Part shown: one piece after another, positions 56,961 through 64,000 of the stretch
How the letters are laid out: each line of letters opens with the position of its first letter
Numbering within the stretch: the stretch's first letter is position 1
Origin: Candidatus Kaelpia imicola
Lineage (GTDB): Bacteria > Omnitrophota > Gorgyraeia > Kaelpiales > Kaelpiaceae
DNA: 64,000 nt
Direction of reading: 5' to 3'
Assembly (NCBI GenBank): GCA_030765505.1
Contig: JAVCCL010000004.1
Coordinates: 35,933 to 99,932 of the forward strand
Program-made: the position numbers and the translations under genes
Notes under the pieces: model-generated
What the model saw: the letters and a program-made list of their open reading frames with translations, nothing else
Told to the model about the DNA's origin: nothing
Database searches by the model: none

Positions 56961-58733
56961 ATGATAGTTAAGATGAAGCAGGTAACTCTGCTGGTTTCAA
57001 ATAGAGAGAGAGAGAGAGCTCTTGAGAGGTTGAGGTCGCTGGGTGTTATGCATATAAAGGGAAGAAAGTCTCTCTCTTCCGGGGAGATATCTTTTCTGGA
57101 AGACAAGATATCTATCTTTGAGAGAGCTATAGAGTTGATATCTGATTTTAATACTGAGAGCGATAAAGATTGCCCCGGAAGCAAAATCCCTGCCTTTATA
57201 GAGGAGATAAATTTTCTGGGTAGAGATAGAGACGATTTGCAGAATAGATTAGCTGCAGTAAGAAGAGATCTATATTGGTATGGAGATTGGGGTATCTTTT
57301 CGTTAGATTCTCTGTCTAAAATCAGAGAGCATGGAATAAATCTGGAGCTATACATTGTAGGCAAAAAAGAGTTTAAAGAGATAATTGTGAAGCAAAATGC
57401 TTACTTAATTAAAAAAGATAAATCCAGATTCTATGTTGCTTTAGTCGCTAATAATAAAAATCCTCTCTCTGCTGCCCCTCAGCAGATTCCAAGCAGGGAA
57501 TACAGCATGCTTGAGAGGGAGAGGTCTGATACAGAGAAACAGATTCAAGAGATAGATAAGAGAGCGATATATCTCTCTAGTTTCAAAAATTGCTTTAATA
57601 GATATAAATCTACTTTAGGTAAAGAGCTTGAGTTTGCTCAGGTTAATTCAGAGATGAATACCTGTGAAGGTTTTAGTTTCTTAGAAGGATTTATTCCAGT
57701 TGATACAGCTGAAAGATTAAATACTCTATCGGAAGAGGAGGGCTGGGGATTGCTCTTGAAGGATCCAGGCAATCCTGATGAAGTTCCTACTTTGATACGT
57801 AATCCTAGCTGGTTAAGGATAATAGATCCTGTGTTTAAGCTTATGGATACTATACCTGGATATGAGGAGTATGATATTAGTTTCTGGTTCCTTATCTTCT
57901 TCGGTATGTTCTTTGCTATGATTATAGGTGATGCAGGTTATGGGCTTATTTTTTTAATAACCGCTTTTTTAATCCAAATTAAAAATAAAAATATATCTAA
58001 ACAGATTACGCGGCTTATTTACTATCTTAGTTCTGCTACCGTTATCTGGGGAGCTATAACAGGAAATTGGTTTGGAATAGAGAGGTTTTCTCAGCTGCCA
58101 TTCTTTAATATCTTTATAATACCCGGTCTTAATAATTTTGTTGATGCCAATCAAAATAATTTTATCTATCTCTGTTTTATTTTAGGATTTTCTCATCTTG
58201 CTATTGCTCATCTTGTGGCAGCTCTGCGCTTTGTGAACTCTATTAAATTTTTTAGTCATTTAGGTTGGATTGCTATAGGATGGTCCATGTTTCTGTTGAC
58301 TCGAGGCGTAGTTTTGAATTTGCAGATTCCACAAACAATGACTTTCTTTGTTATTCTTGGAGCTCTTATGGTAATGATATTTTCAAAGCCTGAAACTAGT
58401 ATTTTAAAAAGAATAACATCATCATTATTAGATCTTCCTTTTGGTATCATAAACTTCTTTGCCGACATACTATCTTATCTGCGCCTTTTTGCTGTTGGCT
58501 ATGCTACCGTAATGATTGCAGTTACTTTTAACAATATGGCTAGAGATATAGGTTTTAATAGTGTTCCTGCTATTATATCGTCTGTAGTAATTATCTTACT
58601 GGGACACTCTCTAAATATAATTTTGGGTTTAATGTCTGTCCTTGTTCATGGGGTGAGATTGAATGTTCTTGAGTTTCCAACCCATCTTAGTTTGGAATGG
58701 AAAGGAAATAGTTATAAACCGTTTAAGGAGTAA
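56961..58733 (+). CDS. atpI: V-type ATPase subunit I (a-subunit)
   Basis: 590 aa; cytoplasmic N-domain plus C-terminal multi-TM domain with conserved Arg (LSYLRLFA). Confidence 0.85.
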   Translation: MIVKMKQVTLLVSNRERERALERLRSLGVMHIKGRKSLSSGEISFLEDKISIFERAIELISDFNTESDKDCPGSKIPAFIEEINFLGRDRDDLQNRLAAVRRDLYWYGDWGIFSLDSLSKIREHGINLELYIVGKKEFKEIIVKQNAYLIKKDKSRFYVALVANNKNPLSAAPQQIPSREYSMLERERSDTEKQIQEIDKRAIYLSSFKNCFNRYKSTLGKELEFAQVNSEMNTCEGFSFLEGFIPVDTAERLNTLSEEEGWGLLLKDPGNPDEVPTLIRNPSWLRIIDPVFKLMDTIPGYEEYDISFWFLIFFGMFFAMIIGDAGYGLIFLITAFLIQIKNKNISKQITRLIYYLSSATVIWGAITGNWFGIERFSQLPFFNIFIIPGLNNFVDANQNNFIYLCFILGFSHLAIAHLVAALRFVNSIKFFSHLGWIAIGWSMFLLTRGVVLNLQIPQTMTFFVILGALMVMIFSKPETSILKRITSSLLDLPFGIINFFADILSYLRLFAVGYATVMIAVTFNNMARDIGFNSVPAIISSVVIILLGHSLNIILGLMSVLVHGVRLNVLEFPTHLSLEWKGNSYKPFKE

Positions 58734-58747
58734 AGGAGGGTAAAGAG

Positions 58748-59191
58748 ATGATAGAGGGTTTAGGGGATTTAAATGCTTCGCTGGGACTTACAGCTATAGG
58801 CTCTGCCTTGGGTATAGGCGTAGCTGGTATGGCAGCTATAGGAGCTTGGAAGAAGGCGTTCTCTCAGAATAAAACAGCTCCTTTTATGATGATAGCTTTT
58901 GTGGGTGCGCCGTTAACTCAGATATTTTACGGTTTTATATTAAGAAACAAAATTCAGGCTGCCAATTTACCTTACGATTCAGTGTCAACGATAATGCAGA
59001 TGACAATAGGATTAATGGCTGGATTAGCGATGGGATCTTCGGCCTATATGCAGGGTAAAGCTGCTGCGCGGGCTTGTGATGCTCTTGCTGAAACAGGGAA
59101 AGGATTTGCTAATTATATGCTTGTTTTGGGAATCATAGAGACAGTTGCATTGTTTGTTATGATATTCTCTATGATAGCGTTACCTGGTTGA
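58748..59191 (+). CDS. atpK: V-type ATPase proteolipid subunit K
   Basis: 147 aa; 4-TM c-type proteolipid; conserved Glu in IIETVALFV. Confidence 0.85.
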   Translation: MIEGLGDLNASLGLTAIGSALGIGVAGMAAIGAWKKAFSQNKTAPFMMIAFVGAPLTQIFYGFILRNKIQAANLPYDSVSTIMQMTIGLMAGLAMGSSAYMQGKAAARACDALAETGKGFANYMLVLGIIETVALFVMIFSMIALPG

Positions 59192-59249
59192 TAAAAGAAT
59201 TGACATAGATGTTTAAAGAGAGTAGATTTTTAAAAAAGGAGGTGTAGAT

Positions 59250-59765
59250 ATGATACGGAGCATGGTAGTTTTTCTTATGGTTTTCTGCATAGCTGTTTCT
59301 TTTGCTTTCGAAAAGTATGGTTTCAATGGGCAGGAAGAGAGCGGATATGGTGTTTGGACTTCAAACCCTGAAGATAAAGCTCTCATAGCTACCGGTTCGG
59401 TTGTTACTACGGATAAGGTTGGTTTTTCCGGAGGCTGCTTTGAATTTAAATATAATTTAGGGTCACCGGATGGTGGTTTTGCCGGGTTTTATATCGAATT
59501 TGGTTCTATTGATCTATCGAAATATTCTCAGCTGGTTTTTTGGATAAAAGGAGATAAAAAGTCTGGTTTTTCGGAGAAAGCAGTTGTAAACTTCTCAGGC
59601 GGTTCTCAGTTTATCAATATTACTCCGAATTGGCAGAAGATAGTAATAGGTTTAAAAGGTTTTACAAAGAAGAATGCTGGTAGCGAATTCAGTCTTACAT
59701 TTGAGAGCGGGTGGGCAACTGAGAAGAAGGGTACAGTCTATATCGACGAAGTAACATTAAAGTAG
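59250..59765 (+). CDS. Secreted beta-sandwich (CBM/CIA30-like) hypothetical protein
   Basis: Signal peptide; C-terminal GTVYIDEVTL typical of carbohydrate-binding-module-like folds. Confidence 0.4.
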   Translation: MIRSMVVFLMVFCIAVSFAFEKYGFNGQEESGYGVWTSNPEDKALIATGSVVTTDKVGFSGGCFEFKYNLGSPDGGFAGFYIEFGSIDLSKYSQLVFWIKGDKKSGFSEKAVVNFSGGSQFINITPNWQKIVIGLKGFTKKNAGSEFSLTFESGWATEKKGTVYIDEVTLK

Positions 59766-59869
59766 AAAAATAACGTTGTAATTTCTAAGATAAACCATTA
59801 TTATCTCTTAACGGTAGTATCCCTGGTATATTAATTGTTTTTTGATATTTGGTGCTCTTATACTTTAAA

Positions 59870-59944
59870 GGGCGAGTAGTTCAGTGGGAGAACGCCTCGC
59901 TTACAACGAGGAGGTCGGAGGTTCAATCCCTCTCTCGCCCACCA
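59870..59944 (+). tRNA. tRNA-Val (anticodon TAC), CCA encoded
   Basis: Acceptor GGGCGAG/CTCGCCC, anticodon loop CTTACAA, T-arm GGAGGTTCAATCCCTCT, 3' ACCA. Confidence 0.9.
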
Positions 59945-60006
59945 ACCCCTCTATAATCTTATAAATATCTTGTATTTATGGTAATATTGGATTAAAATAT
60001 AAAAAA

Positions 60007-60663
60007 ATGAAACTAAAATTTCTATCTATAACTATGGTAACTTTATTTATAAGCGTTGCTTTTGCTCAGGAACTTAGCAGCGGAATATCTAAGGAGAGTG
60101 TTGAGTCTATTTTAGGCAAGCCGGATATAGTAACAACAAGAGAGGACTTACAGGCTCAGATATTTCCTATAGCTATAGAGGGGGATAGGTACGATGAGGA
60201 GTTTGAATTCTGGGTGTATTATCAATATCCAGATGGTAAAAAAAAATGGGGTTTTGTTGAGTTTAACGTAGATAGTAAAGTAGTTGATTTTTCAATCTAT
60301 ACTCCAGGGAAGAAGAGTAAATATCCTTTAAAGATAAGCTTTCCCGATGCTGAGGTCTTTAAAAAGATAGGACACTATAACGGTGATGATTGGAGTCTTA
60401 TGCCTGACAAAAGTAAGACGCTTTTAATTATTGAGATAATGGATAATTTAAGAGGGAAAAATGTTTTTATAAAGAGACATCCGTTTTACTACCTGGAAGA
60501 GTTAGACTCTTTTTTTAAGGAAGATGCCCATAGGCATTTTACTGTGATTAATACACTATATACTTTTGCGTTATTGAATAGAGATTGGAATGATGGTCTG
60601 GATAAAGATGAAAGAATTAAACGGACTTTGCCTACTGATATTTGGAGTGATTTTATAAGATGA
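60007..60663 (+). CDS. Hypothetical secreted protein
   Basis: Signal peptide MKLKFLSITMVTLFISVAFA. Confidence 0.5.
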   Translation: MKLKFLSITMVTLFISVAFAQELSSGISKESVESILGKPDIVTTREDLQAQIFPIAIEGDRYDEEFEFWVYYQYPDGKKKWGFVEFNVDSKVVDFSIYTPGKKSKYPLKISFPDAEVFKKIGHYNGDDWSLMPDKSKTLLIIEIMDNLRGKNVFIKRHPFYYLEELDSFFKEDAHRHFTVINTLYTFALLNRDWNDGLDKDERIKRTLPTDIWSDFIR

Positions 60664-61142
60664 TACCGATTGAGATACGTAAATTCGTTAAGAAGCTTTC
60701 TTATGGTTTTTTGGGGACATCTGATGAGGAAGGTAAACCGAATATATCAATAAAAGGTGTTGTATCAGTAGACTCTCGAAGTCTCTATTTCTGCGATCTA
60801 TTTATGGCTAAGACAAAGAAAAATCTGGAAGTTAATTCACGGATCTCATTTTTTGTAATTGACTGGAATAGCTTTGTAGGGTTTCAGTTTAAAGGCAGAG
60901 CAAAGGTTGAATTCAAAGGAGAGTTATTCGAGAAATATATAAGTAACTGGGAAAGGAAGCGTAATGATTTTATAATATCAAGGATGATTGAGAATCTAAA
61001 GAGTGAGAAAATTGTAAAGAGACACGATCTCTACCTTTTAAAACCTGAGTATCTGATTGTAATGGATGTAGAAGAGATATATGATTTAGTCGAGCCCATT
61101 AAGATGCTCGTTAAAACACATCTTGACAAGGTAAAAAGTTGA
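60660..61142 (+). CDS. Pyridoxamine 5'-phosphate oxidase-like FMN-binding split-barrel protein
   Basis: 160 aa; GFLGTSDEEGKPNISIKG pattern typical of PNPOx-like/general stress 26 family. Confidence 0.45.
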   Translation: MIPIEIRKFVKKLSYGFLGTSDEEGKPNISIKGVVSVDSRSLYFCDLFMAKTKKNLEVNSRISFFVIDWNSFVGFQFKGRAKVEFKGELFEKYISNWERKRNDFIISRMIENLKSEKIVKRHDLYLLKPEYLIVMDVEEIYDLVEPIKMLVKTHLDKVKS

Positions 61143-61182
61143 GGCTATATTATCGAAGAATAACAACTGAAGGAATGGGAAT

Positions 61183-61437
61183 ATGGAAAAAGAGAAAATA
61201 ATAGAGAAGTTTTCTATCCATGATAAAGATACGGGTTCACCCGAAGTCCAAATCGCTATCTTAACAAACAAAATTGCTTATCTTAATCAGCATTTGAAAC
61301 AACATAAGAAAGACCACCATTCAAGGCAGGGTCTTCTAATTATGGTGAGTAAGAGAAAGAAGCTTCTCAACTACTTAAAAAGGAAAGATCAAAAGAGATA
61401 TTTAGAGCTTGTGGAGAAGCTTAATTTACGTAAGTAA
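61183..61437 (+). CDS. rpsO: 30S ribosomal protein S15
   Basis: 84 aa; [13 protein letters not shown]...[14 protein letters not shown]. Confidence 0.95.
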   Translation: MEKEKIIEKFSIHDKDTGSPEVQIAILTNKIAYLNQHLKQHKKDHHSRQGLLIMVSKRKKLLNYLKRKDQKRYLELVEKLNLRK

Positions 61438-61480
61438 CTCTCCACATGCGAATCCTACCTTTTAATGACAAGGAGTTATA

Positions 61481-63547
61481 ATGAAAGAAGAAGTAAGAGT
61501 TAAAATTGGTGAAGAAGATATTGTAATAACTACAGGAGAGATGGCCAGGCAGGCTAACGGTTCTGTGAGAGTGCAATGCGGAGAGACTATCGTTCTGGTC
61601 AATGCAGTTATGTCTACCGAAGTCAGAGAAGGAATAGATTTTCTTCCTCTTATGGTTGATTATAGAGAGAGGACTTATGCAGCCGGTAAGATACCTGGAG
61701 GGTTTTTCAAAAGAGAGGGGAGACCTACAGATAAGGAGATATTAACATCCCGTCTAATTGATAGACCGATACGGCCTCTATTCCCCGAAGGTTTAAGAAA
61801 TGAAGTTCAGATTACAGCTATAGTACTATCGAGCGATGGTAAGTATGATCCAGATGTTCTAGCTATTATTGGGACTTCTGCGGCGCTCTATATCTCTGAT
61901 ATCCCGTTTGAGTCTCCAATAGCAGGAATTAAGCTTGCCATGGTCAATGGTGAGTCTGTTTTAAGCCCAGAGTATAAGCAGGTAGAAGAGTCTGATCTAA
62001 CTATTACTTTGGTCGGAGATGGAGAGGGTATCATTATGCTGGAGGGAGAAGCCAGAGAGATGAGTGAGGAAGATGTTTTTAATGCTATTAGTTTTGCTCA
62101 AAAATACCTTCCCTCTATTATAGAAGCTCAGAATGAATTGAGAAAAAAATGCGGAAAGGAAAAATTTAAGCCCGAGCTTTTTAAAGTAAGCAGCGATACG
62201 ATTAATGCCATAAAGAAAGATGCAGGGGTTAAAATTGCAGAGATCAGCATTACAAAAGATAGAGAAGAGAGAGCTGACTTGCTATCTTCCCTTAAGAGTG
62301 AATTGATAGAGAGATATCAGGAAGTCTATTCAGAGGAAGATATTAAAGAGGCTGTCTATGCAGTGCAGAAAAGTTCTATTAGGGAGTATGCTATCAAAAA
62401 CAAAAAAAGAGTAGATGGCAGATCGTTAACAGAGCTTAGAGATATAAGCTGTTCGGTTGAGGTATTACCTCGCACTCATGGTTCCGCATTGTTTACCAGA
62501 GGTCAGACTCAGAGTCTGGCTGTTACGACTTTGGGTACAACTAGCGATGAGCAGACTATAGAATCATTAGAAGGAAGATCGTCTAAAAAATTTATGCTTC
62601 ACTATAATTTCCCTTCTTTTAGCGTAGGAGAGGTACGTCCTATGAGAGGACCAGGCAGGCGGGAGATAGGTCACGGTGCTTTGGCTGAGAAAGCTTTAAA
62701 AGCGGTAATGCCTCAGAATGAAGAGTTTCCTTACACCGTTAGGCTGGTTTCAGATATTTTAGAATCTAATGGTTCCTCATCTATGGCTACGGTATCTGCC
62801 GGATCTTTGTCGATGATGGATGCCGGTGTTCCTTTAAAATCATCTGTTGCAGGTATAGCCTTGGGTCTATTTAAAGAGGGCGATGATGAGTTGATACTAA
62901 CAGATATTGCTGGTGCGGAAGACAATTTTGGAGATATGGATTTTAAGATTGCTGGAACTAGAGCTGGGATTACTGCTATACAGTTAGATTTAAAGATAGC
63001 CGGAATCAAAATTGATTTAATATCAAAGATTCTAAAGCAATCTCAGGAGGCTAGGATCAAGATCTTAGATATAATGGATAAGGTTATGAGTCAGGCCAGA
63101 ACATCTGTATCAGTTTATGCGCCTCGATTGACATCCTTTAAGTTAGAATCTGAGAAGATAGCTATAATTATTGGCCCTGGTGGAAAGACAATAAGAAAGC
63201 TTACAAGTGATACTGGGGCAAGGTTTGATATTGATGATGATGGTGTTGTGCATATAGCTGCTGATGACGACGAACAATTGCAGTATGCTCTCAAAAGAGT
63301 TGAGGAGTTGATAAAAGATGTCAAGGTTGGAGAGCTCTACGATGGTAAGGTGGTCAAGGTTGTTAATTTTGGAGCTTTTTGCGAAATAGCTCCGGGTAAA
63401 GAAGGTTTGGTTCATGTATCTGAGATTTCCAACGATTATGTTGCCAACGTTGAAGATGTTATTAAAAAAGGAGATGAAGTTAAAGTCAAAGTTATCGGTA
63501 TAGATGATACCGGTAAGATAAAGTTGAGCATGAAGCAAGTCGAATGA
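61481..63547 (+). CDS. pnp: Polynucleotide phosphorylase
   Basis: 688 aa; two RNase PH domains, KH and S1; rpsO-pnp linkage. Confidence 0.95.
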   Translation: MKEEVRVKIGEEDIVITTGEMARQANGSVRVQCGETIVLVNAVMSTEVREGIDFLPLMVDYRERTYAAGKIPGGFFKREGRPTDKEILTSRLIDRPIRPLFPEGLRNEVQITAIVLSSDGKYDPDVLAIIGTSAALYISDIPFESPIAGIKLAMVNGESVLSPEYKQVEESDLTITLVGDGEGIIMLEGEAREMSEEDVFNAISFAQKYLPSIIEAQNELRKKCGKEKFKPELFKVSSDTINAIKKDAGVKIAEISITKDREERADLLSSLKSELIERYQEVYSEEDIKEAVYAVQKSSIREYAIKNKKRVDGRSLTELRDISCSVEVLPRTHGSALFTRGQTQSLAVTTLGTTSDEQTIESLEGRSSKKFMLHYNFPSFSVGEVRPMRGPGRREIGHGALAEKALKAVMPQNEEFPYTVRLVSDILESNGSSSMATVSAGSLSMMDAGVPLKSSVAGIALGLFKEGDDELILTDIAGAEDNFGDMDFKIAGTRAGITAIQLDLKIAGIKIDLISKILKQSQEARIKILDIMDKVMSQARTSVSVYAPRLTSFKLESEKIAIIIGPGGKTIRKLTSDTGARFDIDDDGVVHIAADDDEQLQYALKRVEELIKDVKVGELYDGKVVKVVNFGAFCEIAPGKEGLVHVSEISNDYVANVEDVIKKGDEVKVKVIGIDDTGKIKLSMKQVE

Positions 63548-63563
63548 TTTTGTTGGGAGATTT

Positions 63564-64000
63564 ATGAAAAAGGAGATTCTCTGCCTGCTTGGGGCAGCAA
63601 TAGGCCTATATCTTTTTTTAGCAATTATCTTTTTTTCGCCATTATCTCATCCAGAGCTTAGTTTCTATGGGATTGAAGGGGGAAGCTTTTTCAGGAATAT
63701 TACTGTTCTCTCGGGTTATTTTTTACGTAGTTATTTTGGATGGACAGGTATTATAATTCCTGCTGTTATTTTTTTCTGGACATATATGTTTTATTTCTAT
63801 GAAGAGGATTTTAAGCATTTCAGACTTAAGCTATTCTCTTTTTTTCTTCTTATCTGTTCACTAAGCTGTTCTGTTGCGCTCTTGAGTCATTTCAATAAGG
63901 AGATTAGTTTTAATCTTTCCGGTATTGCCGGGTTTTATTTTTTAGATTATACCAGAAAGTATTTTGGTTATTCCGGGGCGATATTGGTAAGTTTTTTTGT
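63564..64000 (+). CDS. ftsK: DNA translocase FtsK, N-terminal 4TM region (partial, runs off window)
   Basis: TM-rich N-terminus with FGYSGAIL motif typical of FtsK_4TM; conserved position after pnp. Confidence 0.5.
   Translation, partial: MKKEILCLLGAAIGLYLFLAIIFFSPLSHPELSFYGIEGGSFFRNITVLSGYFLRSYFGWTGIIIPAVIFFWTYMFYFYEEDFKHFRLKLFSFFLLICSLSCSVALLSHFNKEISFNLSGIAGFYFLDYTRKYFGYSGAILVSFF

Noticed and set aside
56933-57364. 143-aa minus-strand ORF, plus other minus-strand ORFs in the track (e.g. 15006-15374, 63143-63538, 9635-9964)
   Set aside because: All lie antisense within strongly supported + strand genes (atpI, nnrD, pnp, ftsH), have no RBS or motifs, and their low-complexity composition is typical of shadow ORFs.
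59192-59249. Promoter call between atpK and the CBM-like gene (TTGACA at 59199-59204)
   Set aside because: Good -35 hexamer but only a weak TAGATT at 17-nt spacing; not confident enough to annotate.

Overview
AT-rich bacterial chromosomal segment, probably from an uncultivated low-GC lineage; all large genes lie on the + strand. Position 1 to about 7970 is an accessory, island-like region; the rest is a conserved core backbone.

Accessory region:
- A 580-aa retron-type reverse transcriptase fused to a C-terminal TOPRIM-like domain (Retron-Eco2/Ec67-like architecture) sits at the window edge.
- It is followed by a 744-bp non-coding region with two extended -10 promoters and iteron-like repeats.
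- Next come a P-loop NTPase with a C-terminal winged-HTH and a small excisionase-like HTH gene.
- Four degenerate copies of an att-like repeat with tRNA-like 3' ends carry fragments of the HTH gene. They are interleaved with small cargo genes: a secreted repeat protein, a Trp-rich acidic mini-protein, a CheD-like deamidase-domain protein, and a GNAT acetyltransferase.
- This looks like tandem accretion and decay of integrative elements at a tRNA/tmRNA-type target whose intact copy lies upstream of the window.

Core backbone:
- pilZ-domain gene, tilS, ftsH, folP, cdaA, cdaR-like, pdxJ, acpS, nnrD.
- An EF-G paralog, yebC, ruvCAB, queH, a SpoIID-like gene, queA, tRNA-Thr, tRNA-Tyr.
- prfA, prmC, murA, rpsP, trmD, rplS, rnhB.
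- An fhs-fchA-folD C1 cluster, an M29-like aminopeptidase, mdh, lpd, nadE.
- A 1363-aa membrane-anchored giant protein with a PPDK/PEP-synthase-like ATP-grasp plus phosphohistidine C-terminus.
- A pyrR-attenuated pyr operon (pyrR, pyrB, twice-frameshifted pyrC, pyrK, pyrD, pyrF, pyrE) interrupted by a Mut7-C / EndoQ / mutM repair trio.
- A Chlamydia-like V-type ATPase operon (E, DUF2764-like, A, B, D, I, K).
- tRNA-Val, rpsO, pnp, and the start of ftsK.

No CRISPR array and no rRNA are present.
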